DNA of 64,000 nucleotides from a virus. The notes under the pieces are model-generated. The model made no database searches, was not told where the DNA came from, and worked only from the letters and a program-made list of their open reading frames with translations. Made by a program: the position numbers and the translations under genes. Shown here piece by piece: positions 1-10,587 of the stretch. The DNA lies in IMG/VR virus record IMGVR_UViG_3300001505_000001. The stretch is one strand, 5' to 3'. Every line of letters starts with the position of its first letter. The first letter of the stretch is position 1.

Positions 1-3000
1 AAAAAAGCATCATTTACTAGTAAATTATTTGGCGGTTTGAAAAAAGTTATTGGTCCACTTATCGGAATGGGCGGATTACTTACAGCTGCATTTGAGGCTT
101 TAGCCGCAGTGATAGGAGCTCTTTCAGCGCCGATACTAGCAATTGTAGCCGCAGTTGCCGCAGTAGGTGTTGCATTTGTAGTTGCTTATAAGAAAGTAAA
201 ATGGTTTAGAGACGGAATCAACGGACTTGTTTATGTTCTTAAAGTTTTTGCAGGCGGAATAGTATCAAGTACAGTTAATGGAATTAAGTCTCTTGGACGT
301 TGGTTCGGTTGGCTTGGTGGAATTGTTAAAGATAAAGCAACTTCTGCTATTAAGTCTTGGTGGAAATCTTTACCACAAGACAGCGACATTAAACAACAAG
401 TTAAGGCTGTTCAATCTGTAGGAAACAGTTTTAAAAACGTAATGAAAACATTAGGAACTGCTACACACAAAGCGACGGATGTTTCAAACGTTTTAGGTAA
501 AGGTGTTTCTAAAGGAACTAAACAAGCATTAAATAATTTCGTTGATTATTCAGAGAAATCTGATAAAATATTAGCTGAGATTAAAAATAATCACGGTAGA
601 ATAACAACAGAAGAAAAAAATAAATTATTACAAATACAACAAGATACTACTAAAGATTTAATGTCAGAGTTTGAAAAGAGAGCTAAAGGTCAATTAGATA
701 TAGAACGTAAAGTTTTCTCTCAAAATAGTGGACTTTCAGAGAAACAAGAACAAGCTATCTTACAGAGAACTGAAAAACGTTTCAGTAAAAGTAAACAAAA
801 ATTAACGGAAATCAACAAAGAAATTCAAGAACTTGTTAATAAACAAGCAAGAGATGGCAAATTAAGCGGCAAGGAAATGAAAAGACTTAACCAACTATAC
901 GACGAACAACGTAAGTTAGCTGTCGGAACTCTTTCTTCAACTGACAAAGAACAGAAACGTATTCTTTCAAGAATGTCAGCGAACAGAGAAGCATATAATG
1001 TTAAAGAAGCTCAATCTATAGTAAAAGAAGCTATTAAGGCAAGAGATAATGCTAAAAAAGAAAATAAAAAACGATACGACCAAGAAGTAGACCATATTAA
1101 TAGTATGACAGACTTATCTAAAACTGAAAAAGAAAAAATGTTAAAAGATGCTGATGATAGATATAGAAAAGCTAATAAAAAAGCTGACGATAACCATAAG
1201 AAAGTTTTAGACGGCGTTAAGAAAAGCAACGAAGATATAGAAACAGAAATGGATTTATCTAACGGAAAAGTATACAGTAACGCAGAGAAATGGTGGGAAA
1301 AAACTAAGAAAGGTTTTGGCAATTTCTTTGGCGATATTGGAAAATCCTTCTCTGACATGGGTAAATCATGGAAGAAAAATTGGGATGAAATGATAAGTGA
1401 TATATCTAGCGTTGATTGGTCTGGTATGTGGGACGGTATTAAAAATACCGGTTCCAATATCGGTGGTTGGTTCTCTGAAAAAGGACAAGAATTTGCTAAA
1501 TCATTTAAAGGCGGTTGGGATGAAACTGTCACTAGATTAGGAGATTTATGGTCTAAATTGAAAGGGACTGGTTCAAATCTAGGAACTTGGTTTGCTGAAA
1601 AAGGTCGACAATGGTATACTGACTTTAAAGATAGTTGGGAAACGACTAAACAGACTGCTGGAGACCTTTGGGCTGGTATTAAAAATACTGGTGCTGGACT
1701 AGGCGAGTGGTTTGGTAAAAAAGGCGCACAGTGGTATAATAACTTTAAAAGTCAATGGGACTTAGCTAAATCAACCGCTGGAGATTTATGGAATGGAATC
1801 AAATCCACAGGGGCTAACTTAGGTCAATGGTTTGGTCAAAAAGGTGGTCAATTGTGGGGTGCTCTAAAATCTGGTTGGACTAATGCTGTAAATACTACAG
1901 GAAATCTTTGGGGCACTATTACTGGAAAAATGGCTACCGGTTGGGAATCTGTAAAAGGCTGGTTCGCAACAAAAGGTTCTCAAATGGTGTCTGCTATTGT
2001 ACAAGGTTGGAACTCTACTGTTCATACAGTAGGCACTGCATTTGGTACTCTTTGGGGTACCGTAAAACGAATTTGGTCTGGAATGACTGGAACAATAAGA
2101 TACTGGTCTGGTGTAATTTGGGCTAGAGTTAAGACTGTATTTGGTTGGATTGGCAATAAGATTAGCGGTTCTTTAGGAGCAGCTTGGAAGAGAGTACAAA
2201 TTATTTGGAAGGGTATTAAAGGTACTTTCACTTATTGGACTGGAGTTATCTGGACTAGAGTTAAAACCGTATTTAACTGGATTAAAGGTAAAATAAGTGG
2301 CGCTTTAATGGGTGCATGGAAATCAGTACAAAGAATCTGGAAAGGTATGAAAGGCACATTCTCCTACTGGACTGGAGCTATCTGGAACCGTGTAAAATCA
2401 GTGTTTGGTTGGATTAAAAATAGAATCGGCTCAACACTAAACGACGCTTGGAAAATTGTACGACGTGTTTGGAAAGGTATCAAAGGTACGATAACTTATT
2501 GGACAGGTGCTATTTGGAATAGAATCAAGTCTATTTTTGGCTCAATCAAGAATAGAATAGGTTCTACAATGAATGCCGCATGGAAGATTATGCAAAGAAT
2601 CTGGAAGGGTATTAAAGGTACAGTAACATACTGGACTGGAGCTATACTTGGTAGAGTAAAATCTATTTTTGGAACAATGAAAAATACTATTTCTAAAATA
2701 ATGAATAGAATCAAATCTATTATGTCAAATATTTGGCGTTCTATCAAGAGAAATAGTGTTGATTTAATGACTGGTATGTGGAACAGAATCAAGAGCGTAT
2801 TCAACAATATGGTTGACGGAGTCAAAACTTTCGGTTCATCTGTTAAAAAACATATTGGAGATATGGTTGGTGGCGTTAAAAAAGGTCTTAACGGATTAAT
2901 TAACGGTGTTAACTGGGTCGGAGGAAAATTAGGTATAGATAAAAAAATACCTAAACTTTCTGTTGGTACAGAATCTACTCATACACAAAACTTTGTGAAA

Positions 3001-4854
3001 AATGGAGCTATCAGCACTCCAACACTAGCAACTGTTAACGATAAAGGACCTGGTAATGGTACTGGTAGAAATGGACACCAAGAATTAATTCAACGTAAAA
3101 ACGGTTCATTATTTGCGCCACAAGGAAAAGACGTAGTAGTTCCATTAAATAAAGGCGATAAAGTTATTAATGGTAAAACTACTCAAAGAATGAGTAAACA
3201 AGGTCTTATTCCTAAGTTTTCTCGTGGTACTGATGAGGGAGACCTTGTCAGAAGAAGCATGTTAAAAGACGCAAAAAGAGCAAAACGTAAACAAAAAAGA
3301 AAACATAATCATAGTCATGGTATAGACGCCGGAGAAATGATGGGTCAAGGCGGCATGGGCGGTGCTGCAAAAGAAGCATGGAAATATGTAGAAGACAAAA
3401 CCAAAAATATTGGTAAGAAAACTGGTAAAACAGTTTCATCATTGAGTAACGGCGCACAAAAAATGCTTAACACTTCTAAAGAAGCACTAGGTGCTGCTGG
3501 AGATTGGGCTAAGAAAAAAGCCGGAGACTTAATGGATTATGTTGGACATCCAGGCAAACTTTTACAAAAAGTAATGAGTGAGTTTGGTGCTGACTTTAGT
3601 ATGGTTAAAGGGGAAATCCCTTCTATGCTTTGGGACGCAATGTGGAAACGTCTAAAAGAAGCTGTAGAATCATTATTCAATGACTGGTTAGACGATGCTA
3701 TGGAAGGCGATGGCGACGGTAAATATATCAAATATCTTGATAATATCACTACGCCATATAGTCCTAATGGACCACCACCAGGCTATGCGTTTAATTGGGC
3801 GCATCCTGGTATTGACTTACCTTATATATACGAAAAAGTTCAAACACCATTAGAAGGTAAAGTTCAAACTAAAGATACTGGTAATGTTGGATTCGGTCAT
3901 CATGTCGTTGTTAAAGCGAAGCCTTATGACGCATATTTCGGTCATATGAGTAAATGGTCAGTTAAGAATGGACAACACGTAAAACCAGGAGATGTACTTG
4001 GTATATCTGGTAACACAGGTTCAAGTACAGGACCACACTTACACTATGAAATGAACAAGCACGGAATGGGTTCTATGACTGGTCACTCTATCGACCCTGT
4101 TAAGTGGTTAAAATCACATAACGGAAGTAAAGGTGGACGTGGCGGTGTAAACAAATCTGCAAGCGCTTGGTCTGGAGATATCAGACGTGCTGCTAAACAA
4201 ATGCACACAAGCGTTTCTTCTAGTGATGTTAGCCGAATTGTTAGCCTTATCCAACATGAATCTGGTGGTAACGCTGGAGTAACACAATCTAGTGGATTAC
4301 GAGATATTAACGTATTACAAGGTAATCCAGCGAAAGGTCTATTACAATTTATTCCACAAACATTTAGACACTATGCTGTTCGTGGTCATGGTAACATTAT
4401 GAGTGGTTATGACCAATTACTTGCATTCTTCAATAATAAATATTGGAGAAGCCAATTTAACCCAGGTGGCGGTTGGTCTCCTAGTGGACCTAGAAGATAT
4501 GCAAATGGTGGCATGATTAAGAAACATGGTTTATATGAAGCTGGAGAAGGTAATAGACCAGAAATGGTATTACCACTCACTAAGAAAAATCGTTCTATGC
4601 AATTAATCGAACAAGCCAAATCGTTCATGGGAATTAAAGATGACCCCGTTTCTGTTGATAATGGCAACGGTGCTATAGATATTATAGCAAAACTCTTAGA
4701 ACAAAACAATAGATTATTAGAAACTATTGTTAATGTAGTAGACAATAAGGAATTAGTTGTTGACGGACAGGCTATTACAAATAGTGTCAGTCAGAACTTA
4801 GGTAGTAAATATAATCAGTCTAGCTACCATCGTGGCAAGAAACACAAAAGATAA
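1..4854 (+). CDS. Tail tape measure protein (5' partial; frame is open from nt 1) with C-terminal M23 peptidase and lytic transglycosylase domains
   Basis: Frame of the 37..4854 ORF has no stop back to nt 1. Long helical N-terminal region, then about 25 W/G/K-rich tandem repeats typical of TMPs. M23 motifs HPGIDLPY...GHHVVV...GPHLHYEM; SLT motif IQHESGGNAG...GLLQFIPQTF. Followed by Dit/Tal genes. Confidence 0.85.
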   Translation, partial: KKASFTSKLFGGLKKVIGPLIGMGGLLTAAFEALAAVIGALSAPILAIVAAVAAVGVAFVVAYKKVKWFRDGINGLVYVLKVFAGGIVSSTVNGIKSLGRWFGWLGGIVKDKATSAIKSWWKSLPQDSDIKQQVKAVQSVGNSFKNVMKTLGTATHKATDVSNVLGKGVSKGTKQALNNFVDYSEKSDKILAEIKNNHGRITTEEKNKLLQIQQDTTKDLMSEFEKRAKGQLDIERKVFSQNSGLSEKQEQAILQRTEKRFSKSKQKLTEINKEIQELVNKQARDGKLSGKEMKRLNQLYDEQRKLAVGTLSSTDKEQKRILSRMSANREAYNVKEAQSIVKEAIKARDNAKKENKKRYDQEVDHINSMTDLSKTEKEKMLKDADDRYRKANKKADDNHKKVLDGVKKSNEDIETEMDLSNGKVYSNAEKWWEKTKKGFGNFFGDIGKSFSDMGKSWKKNWDEMISDISSVDWSGMWDGIKNTGSNIGGWFSEKGQEFAKSFKGGWDETVTRLGDLWSKLKGTGSNLGTWFAEKGRQWYTDFKDSWETTKQTAGDLWAGIKNTGAGLGEWFGKKGAQWYNNFKSQWDLAKSTAGDLWNGIKSTGANLGQWFGQKGGQLWGALKSGWTNAVNTTGNLWGTITGKMATGWESVKGWFATKGSQMVSAIVQGWNSTVHTVGTAFGTLWGTVKRIWSGMTGTIRYWSGVIWARVKTVFGWIGNKISGSLGAAWKRVQIIWKGIKGTFTYWTGVIWTRVKTVFNWIKGKISGALMGAWKSVQRIWKGMKGTFSYWTGAIWNRVKSVFGWIKNRIGSTLNDAWKIVRRVWKGIKGTITYWTGAIWNRIKSIFGSIKNRIGSTMNAAWKIMQRIWKGIKGTVTYWTGAILGRVKSIFGTMKNTISKIMNRIKSIMSNIWRSIKRNSVDLMTGMWNRIKSVFNNMVDGVKTFGSSVKKHIGDMVGGVKKGLNGLINGVNWVGGKLGIDKKIPKLSVGTESTHTQNFVKNGAISTPTLATVNDKGPGNGTGRNGHQELIQRKNGSLFAPQGKDVVVPLNKGDKVINGKTTQRMSKQGLIPKFSRGTDEGDLVRRSMLKDAKRAKRKQKRKHNHSHGIDAGEMMGQGGMGGAAKEAWKYVEDKTKNIGKKTGKTVSSLSNGAQKMLNTSKEALGAAGDWAKKKAGDLMDYVGHPGKLLQKVMSEFGADFSMVKGEIPSMLWDAMWKRLKEAVESLFNDWLDDAMEGDGDGKYIKYLDNITTPYSPNGPPPGYAFNWAHPGIDLPYIYEKVQTPLEGKVQTKDTGNVGFGHHVVVKAKPYDAYFGHMSKWSVKNGQHVKPGDVLGISGNTGSSTGPHLHYEMNKHGMGSMTGHSIDPVKWLKSHNGSKGGRGGVNKSASAWSGDIRRAAKQMHTSVSSSDVSRIVSLIQHESGGNAGVTQSSGLRDINVLQGNPAKGLLQFIPQTFRHYAVRGHGNIMSGYDQLLAFFNNKYWRSQFNPGGGWSPSGPRRYANGGMIKKHGLYEAGEGNRPEMVLPLTKKNRSMQLIEQAKSFMGIKDDPVSVDNGNGAIDIIAKLLEQNNRLLETIVNVVDNKELVVDGQAITNSVSQNLGSKYNQSSYHRGKKHKR
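2071..2740 (+). repeat. About five in-frame tandem 132-nt (44-aa) repeats inside the TMP gene; more degenerate roughly 40-aa repeats run from about nt 1390
   Basis: Protein repeats IWKGIKGTFTYWTGVIWTRVKTVFNWIKGKISGALMGAWKSVQR / IWKGMKGTFSYWTGAIWNRVKSVFGWIKNRIGSTLNDAWKIVRR / VWKGIKGTITYWTGAIWNRIKSIFGSIKNRIGSTMNAAWKIMQR etc., read directly from the translation. Confidence 0.7.
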
Positions 4855-4867
4855 GGAGATGTAATTA

Positions 4868-5704
4868 ATGGCAGGAGATAGATGGGTAAAGGTAATTAAG
4901 CCTAATAAAAGTGATATTTTATTAACAGACATTCCAGGTCTCCATTTTCTGGAATGGAATATCCCATCTCCTGTTACTAATTCACAAGAACTAGAATTAA
5001 CAGGCATTGACGGTGTTCTTCCTAGTAGGAACACCTACGGTGCTTTTGATTTAGAATTGTTATTTTATTTTGCTGGAACAGATTCTAAAGATTTGAATTT
5101 ATTCTCTCAAAGAATGAAAAGTCTAGTAAATGAGAGAGACCCTTTTTATATAGTTCATTCTGATATGCCTAGATTTAAATATGCTGTAAATTCAGCTGAA
5201 ATCGAGTATGATAAAATAACAGTAGCAGATATGAATTTCACAATTAAATTTCATTGCTATAAAGGATATGCAGAATCTTTGTACAGTACAAAACATTATA
5301 GTCTGTCAGATGATAATTGGCAATTCCAAAGTGGATTAGTAACTGATGAGGAGATTAAATATACTTTTCATTCAAATGGATTTAAAGTATTTAATGGCGG
5401 AGATGATGAAATCAATCCATTATATAGACATAATTTAAAAATATATATTAATGTAGATGCTCCAAATGGTTTCACTATTAGGAACAAAACTAATGGTACG
5501 TCTTTGACTTATAAAGGTAGCCTTAAAAAGAATAGAACTTTTGTTATAAATGGAATCTATTCTATTATAGATAATAAAAGAGTTGGGAAAGATACTGATT
5601 ATGGTATTATTACTTTAGAACAAGGATATAATGATATTGAAATAGATGGAACTTCAATAGGTTCAGCAAAATGTAGATTTGATTTTAACTTTATTTATAG
5701 ATAA
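4868..5704 (+). CDS. Distal tail protein (Dit, siphovirus-type)
   Basis: Immediately downstream of the TMP, 278 aa, good RBS (AAGGAG). N-terminus MAGDRWVKVIK...LLTDIPGLHFLEWNI has the Dit / phage tail family pattern; the position is conserved. Confidence 0.6.
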   Translation: MAGDRWVKVIKPNKSDILLTDIPGLHFLEWNIPSPVTNSQELELTGIDGVLPSRNTYGAFDLELLFYFAGTDSKDLNLFSQRMKSLVNERDPFYIVHSDMPRFKYAVNSAEIEYDKITVADMNFTIKFHCYKGYAESLYSTKHYSLSDDNWQFQSGLVTDEEIKYTFHSNGFKVFNGGDDEINPLYRHNLKIYINVDAPNGFTIRNKTNGTSLTYKGSLKKNRTFVINGIYSIIDNKRVGKDTDYGIITLEQGYNDIEIDGTSIGSAKCRFDFNFIYR

Positions 5705-5717
5705 GGGAGGTAGAAGA

Positions 5718-7274
5718 ATGCACGAAGAAATTCTAATTATAGAAGATGAAAATAAAAACGTATCAGAACCGTTTATTGATTATTTATATGAATCTTTTAG
5801 CTATGAACATGAAGAAAACGGTGCTCGTTCTATCTCTTTTACTGCCTATAAAACAGATGAAAATCAAGATGTCTATTATTATTTAGTTAATGATAATTAT
5901 ATTATATATGCAGGACAATATTTTGTTATTAAAAATGTAGCTGTAAAATCAGATAATACAAGTATACAAGCTGACATAACTGCTGAACACATAATGTTTG
6001 AATTGCAAAATCATTATATAGAAAAGGAAAATGAAGAAGACGCAACAGTTGAAGTTAGTGATGACACGGAATCCGAAACTGAAAAAGTAATAACAATGAC
6101 GGCAAAAGAATATATAGAAAATGGTTTAAAAGATAATAAATTAGGATATACTTTTGAATTTATTGGTAAACATGATGTTAAGAAAAAAGTTGATTCTCTT
6201 GGAGAAAAGAATGGTATGGAATATTTAACTTCTGGAGCCGAGACATTTGGCTATATTTATTTTGCCGATAATAAAAATATAAAAATATATGACCAAAAAT
6301 CATACGGAACAGTAAGTGACACTGTTATTAGATATAAGTATAATACGTCTAATATGGAGCTTACTATGAACTCTGCGGATGTTAAAACAGCAATTAAAGG
6401 ATATGGTAAAAAAATATCTGATAAGGAATTAAAAAATTACAATGATAAAAAAACTAAAGATATGGAATTAAATGGTAATTTTATAAAAAATGGAACATGG
6501 AGAACAGAAAATATAGGAGATAGTTATTCATACACACTGGATTGTAAGTGGGGAGATGAAACATTAATTTGGACACTTAAAAAAATGTCTAAAGGTGGGA
6601 CATTAGATGTTTATCTTGACAACAAAAAAATAGGTAGTTATGATTGTTATAGTGAAAATGCTAAAACAGAAAAGAAAACACTTACTAAAAACCTTTCAAA
6701 AGGTAAACATACATTTAAAGCAGTGTTTACTGGAAAGAAAAATGGTGTTGATTATAAAAAATCAAAACCTTGTATGTATATAGGAACTGAAAAATCTGTT
6801 GTTCTTAAAACAGAAAGTAAAAGAACACCAGAGAAAACTTATCATGTTGTATCTGAGTATCGTTCTCCTAACTTTAATCCTAAGTTACCAAAATACGCAC
6901 CTTCTGTTTATTCAGAAGATGTAGTTGATAAAAAAGATTTAGATGAAGAATTAAAAGAAACATTACAAGATAAACCAGTTATAGAATTATCCGTTACTTA
7001 TAACGGACTTGAAAAATTTCAAGAAGATAGTATTATAAGATTTATACATGAACCTACAGGAATTAGTGATGATTTAAGAGTTGTTAGTTTCAAAAAGTCT
7101 TTAGACTTAATGAATCAACCATTAGAGATTGGTTTTAGTAATGCTAAGACAGATATTATAAAAATACAACAACAAATAGATAACAATATAAAACTTGCGA
7201 CAACGCCATTGGGATATGGTAATTCAGCGCCGATTTATTCTTCGGTTATAGGGAGTGTATTAGTAGATGAGTAG
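5718..7274 (+). CDS. Tail-associated protein (Tal-like / tail endopeptidase N-terminal domain)
   Basis: ATG at 5718 preceded by GGGAGG; the track ORF 5679 start is upstream of the RBS. Third gene after the TMP; 519 aa. Confidence 0.5.
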   Translation: MHEEILIIEDENKNVSEPFIDYLYESFSYEHEENGARSISFTAYKTDENQDVYYYLVNDNYIIYAGQYFVIKNVAVKSDNTSIQADITAEHIMFELQNHYIEKENEEDATVEVSDDTESETEKVITMTAKEYIENGLKDNKLGYTFEFIGKHDVKKKVDSLGEKNGMEYLTSGAETFGYIYFADNKNIKIYDQKSYGTVSDTVIRYKYNTSNMELTMNSADVKTAIKGYGKKISDKELKNYNDKKTKDMELNGNFIKNGTWRTENIGDSYSYTLDCKWGDETLIWTLKKMSKGGTLDVYLDNKKIGSYDCYSENAKTEKKTLTKNLSKGKHTFKAVFTGKKNGVDYKKSKPCMYIGTEKSVVLKTESKRTPEKTYHVVSEYRSPNFNPKLPKYAPSVYSEDVVDKKDLDEELKETLQDKPVIELSVTYNGLEKFQEDSIIRFIHEPTGISDDLRVVSFKKSLDLMNQPLEIGFSNAKTDIIKIQQQIDNNIKLATTPLGYGNSAPIYSSVIGSVLVDE

Positions 7275-7896
7275 ATATATTGATATAAGGAATTTGCAAG
7301 ATAGTAAAGGAAATGTATATTATCCACAGACACATGCAGAAGCAGTAGAAGGTCTTGATGTGAATGATATTGAGAATTCTATTACTGAGCTTGAAGGTAG
7401 TGTAAACACTATAAATGAAACTTTGTCACAAAAAGCTGATGATTCTCAACAACAAGACGCAATGAATCAGCAACAAGAAAAAATAGATGGTTTAGATAAA
7501 AACATTCAATTCTTAAATTCTGCATTATCAGATGTAGTAGGAGACACTGGTTGGAAAGATTATCAAGTAGCAAAGGGATTCGATAAGAATGGTGGCTTAA
7601 AAAGTGGTTTTGAATGTGGAATTAGAGAGATAAGAATTGGAAACAAACAATCTCCTATAGTGAGAATAAGAACGATAAGAATAAACATAGGACTACTACC
7701 ACATAACCTACCTGTTGCAAAACTCCCAATAGGATTTGTTGATGAAGTCATTCGATTTGTTCCAGGTGTTAGTAGTGGACACACTCCACCAGTAATCGGG
7801 ATTGACCCAGACGGAACGGTAAAAGTATATTTCCCATCAGAAGACAGAGACGGAAATCAATGGGTTTATGGACAGTATACATGGATTGTAAATTAA
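7267..7896 (+). CDS. Baseplate / tail structural protein (hypothetical)
   Basis: 209 aa; overlapping stop/start with the upstream gene; Q-rich coiled segment; position in the tail module. Confidence 0.35.
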   Translation: MSRYIDIRNLQDSKGNVYYPQTHAEAVEGLDVNDIENSITELEGSVNTINETLSQKADDSQQQDAMNQQQEKIDGLDKNIQFLNSALSDVVGDTGWKDYQVAKGFDKNGGLKSGFECGIREIRIGNKQSPIVRIRTIRINIGLLPHNLPVAKLPIGFVDEVIRFVPGVSSGHTPPVIGIDPDGTVKVYFPSEDRDGNQWVYGQYTWIVN

Positions 7897-7908
7897 GAAA
7901 GGTGGTAA

Positions 7909-10587
7909 ATGATTTTGAGATTGTTTTTAGATTTCCCTGTTGAATTAGGGCAAGAGTTTAGATATAAAACAGTAGAAAATTTCAAAAGAATCGTTAATGC
8001 TCATGGGCGTTTAGTTGATGATTTAGAATACCATAGAAAAGAAGAAAAGCACGCACATGATGCTAAACAAATTGATTACACAACAAGTTATTCAAGAAGT
8101 GTTAGTGACGCATTAGATAAACAGAACAATAGAATCAATAATCTAGTAGTCGGTGCAAATGGAGATGCTATGGCAGAGGTTAAAGATAGCCGAGTTGCAT
8201 TAGACGGAACAATAAGTGAATTACTTTCACAAAGACTAGATTATGATTTTGGTAAATTGAATAAAAAAATTGATGATAATTTTAAGTATCTTAACGACAA
8301 AATTGAACGTATTGTTAATGTTAACGATTATGGTGCTGACCCTACAGGTCAAAAAGATTCAACATTAGCATTCCAAAAAGCATTTGGAGAAGGTCATAGA
8401 CATGTTCATATGACAGAAGGTACTTATATTATATCTGGTGTTAAAATGCCTAACTATACGATTTTAAGTGGGGAAGGTAAAGGAATAACATATTTAAGGA
8501 TTGCAGATGATGCGCCAGCTGAAACAATTGGTATAACTAACTTAAATATGGATGGAACAGCTGAATATATTGGTGTTGATAATTTCACAATTGACGGAAA
8601 TAGAACAAGACAAGGGAATACGTTATCTCCAGCTGGTGGTTCACGTTCAAGCAACATTAGATTTGCTGGTGTTAAGCATGGTTTTGCATATTCTGTAGAA
8701 TCATTTAGCAGTTTATTACATGGTATTGATGTAACGTACGCTAGTGATGATTATTTCTATCAAGGAGACGGAATCAGAGTAAAAGAAGCATTAGAAAGTA
8801 AATATATTCATATACAAGAATGTGAAACTTATGATTTCGGAGACGATGGTATTACTACTCATCATAGTAGATACTTAATTCTGCAAAATAACTATTCACA
8901 CGACCCAGTAAAAGATAGTGGGAACCATAACGGGATTGAAGTGGACGATGGTTCACAACATGTGTTTGTAATGGGGAATAAAACAGAAAAATGTTTTGGT
9001 GGTTTAGAGATTAAAGCACATGAACCTACAAGCGCAGCAAGTGATGTTGTTGTAAGTGACCATCTTGATATTAAAAGTATTCGTTCTTATAATATTCGTC
9101 ATATAGGACATCATAGAGCCGGAGATGTACAATCTAAAACAGCCTATAATATTATGTTGAATAACTGTACTTCATTATATCCTCAATATAATGGTTCATA
9201 TGAGAATACAACACCAAGAGCAATGGTTATTTGTGCTTACAGAAATGTGGTTGTTAATAACTTTACAGCTATTGGCGATGGCAATTTTATGGCAAATATG
9301 CCAGTTATCGCTGTCCAATTCAGAGCAGAAAACGTTATGCTTAACAATATTAATGTAAGTGGTTTTAAAAATTCATTAGCTGACGTTAAAGTATTTGGTG
9401 GAGCAAATAGACCTAAAAAAGTATCATTATCTAATATCAATATTGTTAATTCATCTAACAATAGAGGTATTGCAGGCGGTGGAAAAATTTATGATTTAAG
9501 AATTATAAATGCTAACTTGCAAGGTAATGGCACAGGAAATGGCGTTGAATTATATAATAACACAGCTGAAATTGTTGGAGTAAGTGCTGAGAATTATAAA
9601 AGACCAGCAATGATCGCGGGTAAAGAATATTTCTATATGCCCACAAGTCTTAAAGGAGGATTCAGTGGGGGGAGCACAGGTGGTGCAGCTATTGCTGAAA
9701 GAAGTGCTGTTATTGCCTCTACTGGTGGTTCCTTTGCTCATAGTAACCGTTCTTTTGTTATAGGTTCTGGTGCTGGTAGTATTGCTAATGGTTCACGTTC
9801 TGGTGTTATTAGTTCATTGTCATCTGTTATTGAGCCAGGCGGACATACTAGAATGATTATTAATAGTAAAAACATGAAAAACAGTGAAAACTATCACATT
9901 AAAGCTGGTTATGGAGCTGACGGTCCACCAAGTGAATCAAATACTAAACTTGATATTAGTACATTTACTGGTACAATCAAGACAGCAGGACAAGTTCAAT
10001 CTGGACAAAACTTTGGGGACTATGCCGAGTATTTTGAATCACAAAGTGGTATGGCAATTCCTACTGGTAATATAGTTACACTTGATGGTAGATTTATAAG
10101 AAAAGCACAAGTCAATGATATTCCAATCGGTGTTATATCTGAGACAGCAGGAGTTATTTTAGGGGACCAAATGTTCCACCATAAAGACAAATATCTTAAA
10201 AATGAATTTGGCGGAGTTATTACTGAAAATGTCAAAAAAGAATGGCAAGATGATGCTGGTAATTGGTATTCAGATACAGTAGAAATGCCAGTTAAAAATC
10301 CAGATTTTGACGAACGAGACGAAGAAGAATATCTGTCTCGTGCTGAACGACCAGAATGGAACGTTGTAGGTCTTATAGGTCAAGTATATATTAGAATAGA
10401 TGGTACTGTCAAAGAAAATGATTATATTAAGCCAGTAAACGGTGTCGGAACTAAAGATAATATTAATGGTTATTATAGAGTTGAACAAATTACTACCCCA
10501 TATGATAACGATAAAGGTTATGGTGTGGCAATTGCATTTATCCACCCTATTACACCAAGCATAATTAATAAAGGAAGTGTTAAATAA
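7909..10587 (+). CDS. Receptor-binding / tailspike protein with a pectate-lyase-like right-handed beta-helix (possible depolymerase)
   Basis: 892 aa; RBS AAAGGTGG. Motif NVNDYGADPTGQKDSTLAFQKAF is the hallmark start of the Pectate_lyase_3 beta-helix; many G/N/S-rich repetitive strands follow; baseplate-type N-terminal domain. Confidence 0.6.
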   Translation: MILRLFLDFPVELGQEFRYKTVENFKRIVNAHGRLVDDLEYHRKEEKHAHDAKQIDYTTSYSRSVSDALDKQNNRINNLVVGANGDAMAEVKDSRVALDGTISELLSQRLDYDFGKLNKKIDDNFKYLNDKIERIVNVNDYGADPTGQKDSTLAFQKAFGEGHRHVHMTEGTYIISGVKMPNYTILSGEGKGITYLRIADDAPAETIGITNLNMDGTAEYIGVDNFTIDGNRTRQGNTLSPAGGSRSSNIRFAGVKHGFAYSVESFSSLLHGIDVTYASDDYFYQGDGIRVKEALESKYIHIQECETYDFGDDGITTHHSRYLILQNNYSHDPVKDSGNHNGIEVDDGSQHVFVMGNKTEKCFGGLEIKAHEPTSAASDVVVSDHLDIKSIRSYNIRHIGHHRAGDVQSKTAYNIMLNNCTSLYPQYNGSYENTTPRAMVICAYRNVVVNNFTAIGDGNFMANMPVIAVQFRAENVMLNNINVSGFKNSLADVKVFGGANRPKKVSLSNINIVNSSNNRGIAGGGKIYDLRIINANLQGNGTGNGVELYNNTAEIVGVSAENYKRPAMIAGKEYFYMPTSLKGGFSGGSTGGAAIAERSAVIASTGGSFAHSNRSFVIGSGAGSIANGSRSGVISSLSSVIEPGGHTRMIINSKNMKNSENYHIKAGYGADGPPSESNTKLDISTFTGTIKTAGQVQSGQNFGDYAEYFESQSGMAIPTGNIVTLDGRFIRKAQVNDIPIGVISETAGVILGDQMFHHKDKYLKNEFGGVITENVKKEWQDDAGNWYSDTVEMPVKNPDFDERDEEEYLSRAERPEWNVVGLIGQVYIRIDGTVKENDYIKPVNGVGTKDNINGYYRVEQITTPYDNDKGYGVAIAFIHPITPSIINKGSVK

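Noticed and set aside
1011-4745. Minus-strand ORFs nested inside the tape-measure gene (1011..1532, 2022..2231, 2496..2825, 3248..3457, 3537..3749, 4407..4745) and plus ORF 1908..2126
   Set aside because: All lie antisense or out of frame within a long, well-supported coding region. They are low-complexity S/L/F/P-rich translations of the repeat array, with no RBS.
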